From Minisyncoccota bacterium (GTDB taxonomy: Bacteria; Patescibacteriota; Minisyncoccia; JAHIHE01; JAGLIN01): a stretch of DNA of 61,453 bases. The stretch's first letter is position 1; each line of letters opens with the position of its first letter. Positions 20,683 through 30,752 of this stretch are shown piece after piece. The stretch covers positions 1 to 61,453 of the forward strand of contig JAGLJF010000027.1 of the NCBI GenBank assembly GCA_023142595.1. Reading direction: 5' to 3'. The notes under the pieces are model-generated. The model searched no databases. It saw only the letters and a program-made list of their open reading frames with translations, and was not told where the DNA came from. Position numbers and translations under genes: made by a program.

Positions 20683-22197
20683 ATGCAAGATATATCAATT
20701 AGAAAATTATATATAATTGTTTTTTCTACAGGAGCTATTGTAATGATTTTAGAATTGATTGGGTCTAGAATTTTGGCTCCAACTTTGGGAACTTCAATTT
20801 TTATATGGACAAGTCTTATCGGGATAATACTCGGAGCTTTGAGTTTTGGATATTATTTTGGTGGACACTTGGCTGATAAAAATCCAAATTTGGAAACATT
20901 TTCCTTTTTGATATTTTTTGCGGGAATTTTCATTTTTTTTATTATTGTGGCAAAAAATTTTATTCTAGAAATTGGCTTTTCGCTTGGAATGAAAAATGGG
21001 GCAGTTTTTTCTTCAATTTTTCTTTTTGTAATCCCTTCATTTTTTCTTGGAACCATCTCTCCCTATGCGGCAAGATTATCTATAAAAAAAGTAGAAGACT
21101 CTGGAAAGACGATTGGAAATTTATATGCTGTTTCAACGTTTGGAAGTATAATAGGAACTTTTTTGGCTGGTTTTTATTTAATTCCAAATTTTGGAAGCAT
21201 AAACATTTTGTATGCGCTTGCGATATCTTTGTTTTTTATATCTTTGTTTATTTATCATAAAAAAGAAAAAATTGTTATATTGTTTTTAAGTTTATTACTT
21301 GTTTTTGGATTTTCTATTACTTCAAAAGCATTTAATAAAGAAAAATATCTTGTAAACGAAGACACTCTTTATGGTCATATAAAAATTTATGATCAAGAAA
21401 AAGCGGATGGAAAAATTCTGAGAATTATGGCGGTTGAGAATTTTTTTGATTCAGGTATGATCTTAGGTTCTGATGAACTTGCTTTTGGTTATACAAAATA
21501 TTATAGGCTTGATAATATTTTTAAAAAAGATGTCAAAAAAGCTGTTCTTTTTGGTGGCGCAGCTTATTCAGTTGCTAAGGATTTTTTACTTCGAAATGGT
21601 AAAGGGGAAATTGATGTTGTGGAAATTGATCCAAAGACAACTCAATTTGCAGAAGAATATTTTGATTTAGATACTGGGAACGCGCGACTAGATATTTATC
21701 ATGAAGATGCTAGAATGTTTTTGAACAATATTGTTAGGAATAATAACGATAAATATGACGTTGTTTATAATGATGCATTTAGTTCGAATTGTTCAGCTCC
21801 ATTTCATTTAACCACAAGAGAGGCTGTTGAAAAAATATATGATATTTTGAATGAGGACGGCATATATATAACTAATGTTATTTCTGCAATTTCAGGAGAA
21901 AAGTCAGAGTTTTTCAGAGCAGAATATAAAACAATTGCTGAAAAATTTGAAAATATATTTGTTTTCTCTGTCGGAGGAGTTTCTTTGGATAAATTAGAGA
22001 CAGTACAAAATATTATTATTGTTGCGACGAAAGAAGATGTAGATATTAATAATATAATAGAAAATAATCAAGACGAGGAAATCGGAAAGCTTTTGGGAAA
22101 TTACTGGAAATACAAAATTGAATTTGATGATGTCAAAATATTAACCGATGATTATGCTCCAGTAAATCATTATACCTCAAAGCTTTGCGTGTTTTAA
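20683..22197 (+). CDS. Fused membrane domain / spermidine synthase-like protein
   Basis: N-terminal TMs (ELIGSRILAP, GNLYAVSTFGSIIG), then VVEIDP, EDAR, DAFS, LTDDYAP. Confidence 0.9.
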   Translation: MQDISIRKLYIIVFSTGAIVMILELIGSRILAPTLGTSIFIWTSLIGIILGALSFGYYFGGHLADKNPNLETFSFLIFFAGIFIFFIIVAKNFILEIGFSLGMKNGAVFSSIFLFVIPSFFLGTISPYAARLSIKKVEDSGKTIGNLYAVSTFGSIIGTFLAGFYLIPNFGSINILYALAISLFFISLFIYHKKEKIVILFLSLLLVFGFSITSKAFNKEKYLVNEDTLYGHIKIYDQEKADGKILRIMAVENFFDSGMILGSDELAFGYTKYYRLDNIFKKDVKKAVLFGGAAYSVAKDFLLRNGKGEIDVVEIDPKTTQFAEEYFDLDTGNARLDIYHEDARMFLNNIVRNNNDKYDVVYNDAFSSNCSAPFHLTTREAVEKIYDILNEDGIYITNVISAISGEKSEFFRAEYKTIAEKFENIFVFSVGGVSLDKLETVQNIIIVATKEDVDINNIIENNQDEEIGKLLGNYWKYKIEFDDVKILTDDYAPVNHYTSKLCVF

Positions 22198-22227
22198 TTT
22201 ATAAAAATTAGTAAATTATAATAATAT

Positions 22228-23517
22228 ATGAAGAAAGAAAAAAATAAGCTTGAGCTTCTTGCGCCAGCAGGAAGTTTTGAAAAATTGAAATATGCTTTTG
22301 AGTTTGGGGCAGATGCAGTCTATGCAGGTTTGCCTGATTTTTCGCTCAGGGCAAGAATTAATAAATTCGATCAAGACCAGATGATTGAAGCTGTGGATTA
22401 TGCGCATAGCAGAAATAAGAAAATATATATTACGACAAATATTTTTGCGCATAACTATCACTTTGATATTCTGCAAAAACATTTGAAGATTCTCAAAAAA
22501 AATCCGCCAGATGCTTTCATTGCTTCAGATGTTGGGGTTATTCAAGTGATTAAAAAAGTTTTACCTAATGTTGATATTCATCTTTCAACTCAGGCAAACA
22601 CTACAAATTGGCAAACAGCAAAATTTTGGTATGACCAAGGTGTGAAAAGAATTGTGTTGGCTCGGGAATTAACCTTGGAAGAAATTAAAGAAATTCATCT
22701 GAAGGTGCCAAAATTGGAATTGGAATATTTTGTGCATGGAGCAATGTGTATGGCCTATTCCGGCAGGTGTCTTTTGAGTTCTTGGGTGATAGGCAGAAGT
22801 TCAAATTTAGGAGATTGCGCGCAAAATTGTAGATGGCAATATTCTCTTGTTGAAAAAAATAGGAAAAATGAATATATTCCAGTTGAGCAAGACGGCAATG
22901 GTACATATTTATTAAACTCAAAAGACTTGTGTCTAATTGCATATCTTGATGAGCTGAAAGGTGCTGGCATAACTTCATTCAAAATTGAAGGACGGGCGAA
23001 AAGTGTTTATTATCTTTCGCAAATTGTAAAATCATATAGGCGAGCGCTTGATATAAAAAATAATGATACGGATAAGAAGAAAAAAATCCGAAAGATTAAA
23101 AAGGAAATAGACAAACTTGTAAATCGGACATATACGACTGGATTTCTTTTTGGGGAGTGCAAATTCAAAGGTCAGGAAACAAAATTTTCTCACACAAAAG
23201 AAGAATATGAATTTGTAGGAGAAGTTCTCGAGCTAGAAGTTAAAAATCAAAAAGTCAAAAGTAATAATTATCATTTAGTAAAAATTAAAGTTCATAATTC
23301 TCTTTTAGTAGAAGATAGAGTTGAATTTATTCAGCCAAAAGGGGATAATATTTTTTGCAAAATCAAAAACATCTATGACGATAAAACCCAAGAAAAATTA
23401 AAATCTGCACATGGCGGACAGGATAGAATGGTCTATATTGAAATTAGTAAAATGCCAGAGGTTTTTAGTGTGATGAGGAGGAAATTAAAAAAGAAAGAAA
23501 AAACTTATAAAGGGTGA
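22228..23517 (+). CDS. Peptidase U32 family Fe-S protein (TrhP/YegQ-like)
   Basis: ELLAPAG, GADAVYAG, HLSTQAN, HGAMCMAYSGRCLLS, GDCAQNCRW, KIEGR. Confidence 0.9.
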   Translation: MKKEKNKLELLAPAGSFEKLKYAFEFGADAVYAGLPDFSLRARINKFDQDQMIEAVDYAHSRNKKIYITTNIFAHNYHFDILQKHLKILKKNPPDAFIASDVGVIQVIKKVLPNVDIHLSTQANTTNWQTAKFWYDQGVKRIVLARELTLEEIKEIHLKVPKLELEYFVHGAMCMAYSGRCLLSSWVIGRSSNLGDCAQNCRWQYSLVEKNRKNEYIPVEQDGNGTYLLNSKDLCLIAYLDELKGAGITSFKIEGRAKSVYYLSQIVKSYRRALDIKNNDTDKKKKIRKIKKEIDKLVNRTYTTGFLFGECKFKGQETKFSHTKEEYEFVGEVLELEVKNQKVKSNNYHLVKIKVHNSLLVEDRVEFIQPKGDNIFCKIKNIYDDKTQEKLKSAHGGQDRMVYIEISKMPEVFSVMRRKLKKKEKTYKG

Positions 23518-23629
23518 TGAGCACCTTTTTAGATATTCTTTTTCGATAGCTTTAAGATTTCAAGGTTGATATATATTTGAATTTTTGTTAGAATAGGAAA
23601 GTAAAAATAATTAATAAATAAATTAAATT

Positions 23630-24190
23630 ATGGAAAAGAAAATTTTAGTTTCGCTGATTGTTTTAATTATTTTAATGATTGGAGTTATATTATTAAAGGA
23701 TAGTGAAAAAGAAGGTGAATTGCAAAAAAATACTACCATTAAAGATGAAAATATAATTGATGATAGCCAATCTGATATAGAAAATGAAATTGTTCAAGAA
23801 AACAGTAAAGAGAATAAAATTGAAGAAATTATAAAAGAAGATAATCAACCTAACAAAGAAGAAATGGAATTAAAAATTGAAGTTTTACAAGAGGGAGCTG
23901 GCGAAGTTGTGACAAAAAAAGGTGATACGATTTCTGTTCACTATACAGGAACATTGAAAGATGGTACAAAATTTGATTCAAGCGTTGATAGAGATACACC
24001 GTTCTCATTTACAATCGGAGCAGGACAGGTTATTCAAGGCTGGGAGCAAGGTACATTGGATATGAAAATTGGAGAAAAGAGAAAGCTGACAATTCCAGCT
24101 GAATTGGGATACGGTGCGACCGGAGCTGGCGGAGTAATTCCACCTAATGCGACTATAATTTTTGATATTGAATTGATGGGAATTCAATAA
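23630..24190 (+). CDS. Membrane-anchored FKBP-type peptidyl-prolyl isomerase
   Basis: N-terminal [39 protein letters not shown]. Confidence 0.95.
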   Translation: MEKKILVSLIVLIILMIGVILLKDSEKEGELQKNTTIKDENIIDDSQSDIENEIVQENSKENKIEEIIKEDNQPNKEEMELKIEVLQEGAGEVVTKKGDTISVHYTGTLKDGTKFDSSVDRDTPFSFTIGAGQVIQGWEQGTLDMKIGEKRKLTIPAELGYGATGAGGVIPPNATIIFDIELMGIQ

Positions 24191-24220
24191 AAATATTTTA
24201 AAATTATTGATGATTTTATT

Positions 24221-24254
24221 TCCCCCTGATAAGGGGGATTAAGGAGGTTTTGAA
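24221..24254 (+). repeat. CCCCCTGA-type palindromic intergenic repeat (copy 1)
   Basis: tccccctgataagggggattaaggaggttttgaa; inverted degenerate copy at 51837-51868. Confidence 0.6.
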
Positions 24255-24281
24255 TATAAGTGGTACTAAAATTTACAAGAT

Positions 24282-24312
24282 AAAAAGTTCAGAGATGCTT
24301 CTGAACTTTTTT
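24282..24312 (+). terminator. Intrinsic terminator
   Basis: aaaaagttcaga-gatgct-tctgaacttttt. Confidence 0.7.
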
Positions 24313-24349
24313 GATGGACGATGTGTAAGATTTTATAGCGCTCTTGTGT

Positions 24350-24375
24350 GTCATTCCCGTGAAAACGGGAATCTA
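24350..24375 (+). repeat. GTCAT-type REP-like palindrome (ATTCCC-N8-GGGAAT)
   Basis: gtcattcccgtgaaaacgggaatcta. Confidence 0.7.
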
Positions 24376-24395
24376 GGATTAGATTTTAGTTTATA

Positions 24396-24513
24396 GTCAT
24401 TCTGAAGAGGTACGACGAAAAATTCCGATTTTATGTACACTTAATTGTTAATTAACATAAAATGAATCTTCTCACGGGATTCTTCATTTCGCTATTGCTT
24501 CATTCAGAATGAC
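24396..24513. repeat. GTCAT-type inverted REP doublet (variant subfamily)
   Basis: gtcattctgaagagg...gacgaaaaattc and gattcttcatttcgct...ttcagaatgac ends. Confidence 0.65.
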
Positions 24514-24619
24514 GGGAGTGTAAAAATTTTCTCGCAGGATTTTTAACTTACTGTCCTAATCTTTGACTTTTCACATATTTTTTGCTAGTATATTTGGGTA
24601 ATTGATAAAAATAATAATT

Positions 24620-26074
24620 ATGTCAAAAGGAGAAGTTGTTTTGAGATTTGATGAAGTCTCGTTTGAATATTTACACAAAAAGCCAATTTATAAAGAGGCT
24701 AGTTTTTCTGTGCGTGATGGCTCGAAAATAACTTTAATGGGGCAAAATGGCGCTGGAAAAAGTACAATGTTTGATTTGATTATAGGAAAGCTAAAACCGA
24801 CAAAAGGAAAAATTTCAATTATAAATGATGTTACTATTGGAATTGCTAAACAGGTTATTGAAAAATCAGATTTGAATCTTTCGGTTCAAAAATATTTTGA
24901 AAAGGCTTATGACAAAGTGTCTCACAATGCTCCGGGTGAAATGAAAAAAGTTCTTGATGCTGTAAATTTGAATGTGCCAATTGAAAAGAAGGTAGAAGAT
25001 CTCTCGGGTGGTCAGCAAGCACGATTGCTCTTGGCCTTTGCTCTGATTCAAAAGCCAGACATTCTTTTGTTAGATGAGCCGACGAATAATTTAGACGAAG
25101 ATGGAATTGCACATTTGATTAATTTTTTGATGATGTATGAAAAAACTGTGATTGTCATCTCTCATGATGCTGATTTTTTGAATTGTTTCACAGATGGAGT
25201 AATCTATCTTGATGTTTTCACTCATAAGACAGAACAATATGTAGGCGATTATTATTCAGTGACGGCTGAAATTGAAAACAGAATTGAAAAAGAAAAAAAG
25301 AAAAATGCACAACTTGAAAAAAATATCAAAGATCGAAAAGAAAAAGTTAATTTCTTTGCTCACAAAGGAGGCAAGATGAGGAAGCTTGCCAAGAAGATGA
25401 AGGAAGAAATTGAGGAAGACGAGGAAAATAAAGTTGATGTCAGAAAAGAAGATAGGACGATTAGAGATTTCACCATTCCAGCTCAGGAAATTGTTGGCAA
25501 GATTGTTGAGATTAATTCCGTGAAAGCCTTGATTAATGGCGAAGAGATAACAAAAGAAAAAGAGTTGACTCTCAGAAAAGATATTCATATGTTGATAAGT
25601 GGTCCTAATGGTGTTGGTAAAAGTACATTTTTGAAGAACCTGCTTTCAGGAGATTCGTCTGATCATAAAATTCTTGAAGGAGTTCGTGTTGGATACTATA
25701 GTCAAGATTTTTCATCTTTGGATTATGATCAAACTGTAATTGATTCTCTTTCTGACGCTATAATTGGAGAAAATGATATTCAACAAATGAGGTCAATCGC
25801 TGCTGGATTTTTGATAACTGGTGAGTTGATGGGACACAAGGTTTCTGACTTATCAGAAGGGCAAAAAGGACTTTTGAGTTTTGCTCGTTTGGTGTTGATG
25901 CAACCCGGATTGTTGATTCTTGATGAGCCAACAAATCACATTAATTTTCGTCATATTCCTGTTATAGCCAAAGCGCTTGATCAATATGAGGGAACAATGA
26001 TTATGGTTAGTCATATGGAGGAATTCATTGAGCAAATCAGAATTGATGAATTTTTGGATTTGGGCGGTTTGTAA
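24620..26074 (+). CDS. ABC-F family ATP-binding protein
   Basis: Two ABC domains (GQNGAGKST/LSGGQ/DEPTNNLD; GPNGVGKST/LSEGQ/DEPTNH), no TM, charged linker. Confidence 0.93.
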   Translation: MSKGEVVLRFDEVSFEYLHKKPIYKEASFSVRDGSKITLMGQNGAGKSTMFDLIIGKLKPTKGKISIINDVTIGIAKQVIEKSDLNLSVQKYFEKAYDKVSHNAPGEMKKVLDAVNLNVPIEKKVEDLSGGQQARLLLAFALIQKPDILLLDEPTNNLDEDGIAHLINFLMMYEKTVIVISHDADFLNCFTDGVIYLDVFTHKTEQYVGDYYSVTAEIENRIEKEKKKNAQLEKNIKDRKEKVNFFAHKGGKMRKLAKKMKEEIEEDEENKVDVRKEDRTIRDFTIPAQEIVGKIVEINSVKALINGEEITKEKELTLRKDIHMLISGPNGVGKSTFLKNLLSGDSSDHKILEGVRVGYYSQDFSSLDYDQTVIDSLSDAIIGENDIQQMRSIAAGFLITGELMGHKVSDLSEGQKGLLSFARLVLMQPGLLILDEPTNHINFRHIPVIAKALDQYEGTMIMVSHMEEFIEQIRIDEFLDLGGL

Positions 26075-26113
26075 CGGAATTTCAATATTCACTATATAAC
26101 GGAACAACGAAAA

Positions 26114-26141
26114 TTGACATAAATTTATAATATGCTATACT
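26114..26141 (+). promoter_or_regulatory. sigma70 promoter for nusA
   Basis: TTGACA-16-TATACT with TG extension. Confidence 0.6.
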
Positions 26142-26167
26142 GTATTTGTATTTAGGAAGCTACGATT

Positions 26168-26196
26168 ACCTGCCACAGAAATGGACAGGTTTTTTT
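26168..26196 (+). terminator. Terminator/attenuator in nusA 5' leader
   Basis: acctgcca-cagaaa-tggacaggt plus T-run, between promoter and nusA ATG. Confidence 0.6.
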
Positions 26197-26233
26197 AAAA
26201 GCTAAATTATAATTAAGTAAATAAATTAAAATA

Positions 26234-27523
26234 ATGGAACATAAACAATTTGTATTGGCAATTGAGCAGATATGTGAAGAAAAGGGAATCTCAAAAGAAA
26301 AGGCTATTGAAATAGTAGAGGCTTCTTTGGCGGCTGCCTATAAAAAGGAATATGGGAAAAAAGGACAAATGATTAAGGTTAATTTTGATGCAATATCAGG
26401 AGGTATGGAAGTATTTCAGATCAAAGTTGTTGCTAATGAAGATGAGGAAATTGATGAAGATGAAAACGAGGTCGTAGAAGATGAATTTGATGAAAATGGA
26501 GAAAAAATTATCAAAAAGAAATTTAACATTGATAAGAATATAACTGTTGAAGAAGCAAAAGAATACAAGAAAAATCCTGAAATTGACGAGGAAATTGAAA
26601 TTCCATTGCCTGCTAAAGATGATTTTGGAAGAATTGCAGCTCAGACTGCCAAGCAAGTAATGATTCAAAAGATAAGAGAAGCGGAGAAGGAATCAATTTT
26701 TGATGAGTTTAAAGATAAGGAAGGGGAGGTTGTTAATGGTGTTGTGCAGAGAATTGAAGGAAGAAATGTTTTTATAGATATTGGAAAAGCTGTTGGTGTT
26801 CTTTATCCAGCGGAGCAGATTGCTGGAGAGAGATATAATATTGGACAAAGACTCAAGATATTTATTGTTAGAATTGATAGAGACGCAAAAGAAGCAAGTC
26901 TTGTTCTTTCAAGAACAAATTCGGAAATTATTCGGAAACTTTTTGAACTTGAAGTTCCAGAAATATTTTCAAAAACGGTGGAAATCAAGTCCATTGCTCG
27001 TGAAGCTGGTTCAAGAACAAAGGTGGCAGTATTTTCCAATGAGGACGGCATAGATCCGGTTGGTTCTTGTGTTGGTCAAAGAGGATCAAGAATTCAAACA
27101 ATTATAAATGAGCTTGGTGGGGAAAAAATTGACATTACAGAGTGGAGTGATAATTCAGATAAATTTATACAAAATGCATTGTCTCCTGCAAAAGTTGTTC
27201 ATCTTGATATTGATGAAGAAAAAATGCATGCCGTTGCTTTTGTTGAAGAAGATCAGCTTTCTCTTGCGATTGGAAAACAAGGACAAAATGTTCGTTTAGC
27301 CGCGAAATTAACTGGTTGGAAAATTGATATTTTAGAAGATAAGAAAAAAGAAAAAGATGAGGATAGTGCAGAAATTGATAAGGAGGAAATTACAGAAAAG
27401 ACTGAAGGAAAAGATGATGCTTCTGAGGAAGTTGAAGTTGAAAAAAAGCAAAGCGTTGAAAAAGAATCTGAAAAGAAAGTAAAAAGACAGATAAAAAATA
27501 ATTTTTATAAACTATTAAAATGA
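26234..27523 (+). CDS. nusA: Transcription termination factor NusA
   Basis: FGRIAAQTAKQV, S1 domain, AREAGSRTK, CVGQRGSRI, AIGKQGQNVRLAAKLTGWKIDI. Confidence 0.97.
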   Translation: MEHKQFVLAIEQICEEKGISKEKAIEIVEASLAAAYKKEYGKKGQMIKVNFDAISGGMEVFQIKVVANEDEEIDEDENEVVEDEFDENGEKIIKKKFNIDKNITVEEAKEYKKNPEIDEEIEIPLPAKDDFGRIAAQTAKQVMIQKIREAEKESIFDEFKDKEGEVVNGVVQRIEGRNVFIDIGKAVGVLYPAEQIAGERYNIGQRLKIFIVRIDRDAKEASLVLSRTNSEIIRKLFELEVPEIFSKTVEIKSIAREAGSRTKVAVFSNEDGIDPVGSCVGQRGSRIQTIINELGGEKIDITEWSDNSDKFIQNALSPAKVVHLDIDEEKMHAVAFVEEDQLSLAIGKQGQNVRLAAKLTGWKIDILEDKKKEKDEDSAEIDKEEITEKTEGKDDASEEVEVEKKQSVEKESEKKVKRQIKNNFYKLLK

Positions 27524-28452
27524 AAAACAAAATAATTTCAATTGGACATAAAAATCCTGATACAGATTCTGTTTTATCTGCAGTTTTGGTTTCAAGATTT
27601 GGAAAAAAGATATTTGGAGTTGAAATTGAGGCTGTTATGGCTGGGGATGTTAATAATGAAACAAAGTTTATTCTTGAAAAATTGAAAATCAAAAAACCGA
27701 GAATTCTAAAAGTAATAAAAAAAGAAGTTATTGTTTTGGTAGACACGACAGAACCGAAGCAAATTATTGACGGACTAACGGAAGATAATTTAATGGCAAT
27801 TATTGATCATCATAATCTTGGTGGATTGAAATCGTCAAAGCCAATTTTCACTAGAGTTGAGTCGATTGGATGTACTGGTTCCGTAATATATAAAATTTTG
27901 AAAGAAAAGAATATTAAGATTGATAAGACATCGGCTATATTAATGATTACTTGTATTATTTCTGATACATTGAATTTTAATTCTCCGACAACAACGCTAG
28001 ATGACAAAAAAATATTCAAAGAATTGAATCAAATTGCAAAACTGGATATGAAAAAATTTGTTGGTAAATTATTTTTTGCTAAATCAAGCTTGAAAGGAAT
28101 CTCTGTAAATGATATAATTAGCAAAGATTACAAGCAGTTTGATATGGGAAAGTATAAAGTTGGGATTGGTGTTTGGGAAACAACAGCTCCCGAAACCGTT
28201 AATGTTCAAAAGGATAAAATTATTAAATCTCTTGTAAAGAAAAAGGATCAGGAAAAAATAGATTATATGTTTTTTTCAGTAGTGGATATTGTCAAAAATA
28301 ATTCTGATTTATATATTATTGGAAAAGAAGAACAAGGATTGGCTAAAAAAGTTTTTTCAGGAAATATGAAAGAGAATCTAATGTTTTTAAAGGGAGTAGT
28401 TTCTAGAAAAAAACAAGTAACTCCACAGCTAAGAGATGGATTAGGAAAATAA
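27520..28452 (+). CDS. ppaC: Mn-dependent (family II) inorganic pyrophosphatase
   Basis: GHKNPDTDS, LVD, IIDHH, ISDT, KDYK, SRKKQ. Confidence 0.95.
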   Translation: MKNKIISIGHKNPDTDSVLSAVLVSRFGKKIFGVEIEAVMAGDVNNETKFILEKLKIKKPRILKVIKKEVIVLVDTTEPKQIIDGLTEDNLMAIIDHHNLGGLKSSKPIFTRVESIGCTGSVIYKILKEKNIKIDKTSAILMITCIISDTLNFNSPTTTLDDKKIFKELNQIAKLDMKKFVGKLFFAKSSLKGISVNDIISKDYKQFDMGKYKVGIGVWETTAPETVNVQKDKIIKSLVKKKDQEKIDYMFFSVVDIVKNNSDLYIIGKEEQGLAKKVFSGNMKENLMFLKGVVSRKKQVTPQLRDGLGK

Positions 28453-28461
28453 TTATAACTT

Positions 28462-28573
28462 GTCATTTGAATTAGATTTAGAATTTTTGTTTTTTTAAAA
28501 TAGATATAGATTAATGTAAATTTATAAAATTATGCTGTATATATAAAAGATCCTGAAATAAATTCAGGATGAC
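28462..28573. repeat. GTCAT-type inverted REP doublet (left unit degenerate)
   Basis: gtcatttgaattagatttagaa ... agatcctgaaataaattcaggatgac. Confidence 0.75.
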
Positions 28574-28604
28574 AGAGGAAATAAAAAATTAACAATAAAA
28601 AATA

Positions 28605-29891
28605 ATGAAAAGTGAAATCAATGATTTAGAAAAGTCACAAAAAGAAATCATAGTAGAAATTTCTACAGAAGAAATGGAGAAATATATGGAGAAAGCTTTG
28701 GAAAAAATGTCAAAAAATGTCAAAGCTGATGGGTTTCGTGCAGGAAAAGTTCCGAAAGATGTTGCTAAAAAACAAATTGGAGAGTTGGCTCTTTTTGAAG
28801 AAGCAACACATGAAGCTATCGAGAGTTCATATTTGAAAATTATTGAAGAAAATAAATTAAGTCCAATTGGACATCCAAAGGCTGATATCACAAAATCGGC
28901 TCTCGGAAATCCTTTAGAATATAAGATTATAATTTCCGTACTTCCCGAAGTAAAGTTGGGTGATTATACAAAAATTTCTGGAAAAATTGAGATTAAAGAA
29001 ATTGAAAAAGGAAGAGTTGAAAAAGAATCGGAAATGCTTCAGAAGAAAAGAGCAAAATATATTACCAAAGATGCAAAAGCTGAAAAAGGAGATCGTGTAG
29101 AAATTGATTTTGAATCAAGAGTTGGTGGTGTAAAAATTGAAGGAGGAGAAAGTAAAAATCATCCTTTGGTTATTGGAGAAGGAAAATTTATTCCCGGATT
29201 TGAAGATAATCTAGTTGGAATGAGTAAGGATGATATCAAAAAATTTAGTTTGATATTTCCAGAAGATTATAAAAAAGAATTGGCAGGAAAAAATGTTGAT
29301 TTCAAAGTTGAATTGAAAATTGTGCAAAAGGTTGAACTTCCTGAATTGAATGACGAATTCGCAAAAAGTCTTGGAAAATTTGAAAATGTAGATAGTTTGA
29401 AAAAAAGCATCAAAGACGGGATTATGGCAGAAAATGAAAACAAGGCTAAGGAAGAGCTTAAGAATAAGTTAATTGATCAAGTAAGCGAAAAATCAACAAT
29501 TGACATACCAGATGTTTTGATTGATTCTGAGATTGAAAATATGCTTAAGGAATTTGAAAATAATGTTACATATTCTGGAATTAAATTTGAAGACTATCTT
29601 GTGAGCGTGAATACGAGTGTTGAAAAATTGAAAGTTGAATGGAGGGAAATGGCGGAAAAAAGAGTAAAGACTGGACTCGTAATGAGAGAAATTTCTGTTA
29701 AGGAGGAAATTAAACTTGATGATAAAGAGATTGAAGAAAGAGTAAATGAAACTTTGAAACATTATCCAAATGCAGAAGAAATGAGAAAAAATATGGATAT
29801 AGAAAAGTATAAAAATTATGTCGCAGGGATTATGATAAATGAAAAAGTTTTTGAAATTTTAGAAGTGATTGCGGAGAAGAACGGGAAATAA
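28605..29891 (+). CDS. tig: Trigger factor
   Basis: GFRAGKVP ribosome-binding signature, FKBP domain FIPGFEDNLVG; upstream of clpP. Confidence 0.96.
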   Translation: MKSEINDLEKSQKEIIVEISTEEMEKYMEKALEKMSKNVKADGFRAGKVPKDVAKKQIGELALFEEATHEAIESSYLKIIEENKLSPIGHPKADITKSALGNPLEYKIIISVLPEVKLGDYTKISGKIEIKEIEKGRVEKESEMLQKKRAKYITKDAKAEKGDRVEIDFESRVGGVKIEGGESKNHPLVIGEGKFIPGFEDNLVGMSKDDIKKFSLIFPEDYKKELAGKNVDFKVELKIVQKVELPELNDEFAKSLGKFENVDSLKKSIKDGIMAENENKAKEELKNKLIDQVSEKSTIDIPDVLIDSEIENMLKEFENNVTYSGIKFEDYLVSVNTSVEKLKVEWREMAEKRVKTGLVMREISVKEEIKLDDKEIEERVNETLKHYPNAEEMRKNMDIEKYKNYVAGIMINEKVFEILEVIAEKNGK

Positions 29892-29897
29892 GTTAAT

Positions 29898-29974
29898 GTC
29901 ATTCTGAATTTATTTCAGAATCTTCTGTCTCTTGATGTAAAATAACAAAGATCCTGAAACAAGTTCAGGATGAC
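29898..29974. repeat. GTCAT-type inverted REP doublet
   Basis: gtcattctgaatttatttcagaatct - 25 nt - agatcctgaaacaagttcaggatgac. Confidence 0.85.
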
Positions 29975-30000
29975 AAAAATTAACTATTAATACAAAACTT

Positions 30001-30576
30001 ATGAATTTAATACCAACAGTGATTGAAAAATCTTCTGATGGCGAGAGAGCTTATGATATTTATTCAAGACTTCTTAAAGACAGGATTATTTTTCTCGGTG
30101 GTCCGATTAATGATGCGGTTGCGAATACGATAATTGCTCAACTTTTATTTTTGGAAAAGCAAGATGAAAAAGCTGATATAAAGATTTACATAAATTCTCC
30201 AGGTGGAATTGTAACTTCGGCTTTGGCGATTTATGATACGATGAATTATGTTAAGTGTGATGTCTCAACTGTGTGCATCGGAATGGCTGCTTCAGCTGCT
30301 TCTCTTTTACTTTCGTCAGGTGCAAAAGGAAAGAGGTTCGCGCTTCCAAATGCAGAAATTATGATCCATCAAGTGATGGGAGGAGCTGAGGGTCAAGCAA
30401 GCGATATTGAAATTTCAGCTCGACACATTCTGAAAATCAAAGAAAGATTGAATAAGATATTGGTAAAAAATACCGGACAATCACACGAAAAAATTGAAAA
30501 AGATTCTGATAGAGATTACTATATGAGTGCAGAAGAGGCAAAGAAATATGGAATTGTTGATAAGATTGTGAAGTAG
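30001..30576 (+). CDS. clpP: ATP-dependent Clp protease proteolytic subunit
   Basis: [36 protein letters not shown]. Confidence 0.98.
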   Translation: MNLIPTVIEKSSDGERAYDIYSRLLKDRIIFLGGPINDAVANTIIAQLLFLEKQDEKADIKIYINSPGGIVTSALAIYDTMNYVKCDVSTVCIGMAASAASLLLSSGAKGKRFALPNAEIMIHQVMGGAEGQASDIEISARHILKIKERLNKILVKNTGQSHEKIEKDSDRDYYMSAEEAKKYGIVDKIVK

Positions 30577-30604
30577 AAAAGACTGATTATTTAAAGTGTT
30601 ATCA

Positions 30605-30640
30605 GTGACGGGCAACCCAAAAGGTGCTCGTCATTTTTTT
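30605..30640 (+). terminator. clpP terminator
   Basis: gtgacgggca...tgctcgtcat followed by a T-run. Confidence 0.75.
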
Positions 30641-30752
30641 AAATATTTGATTGTTATTTATATATATTTTAGCCTTGACAAATTCTGAAAATTCATTAAC
30701 ATTTAAGTAGCTCTTAATATAATTAAATATAGAAGAAAAAGAGGTAAAAATA

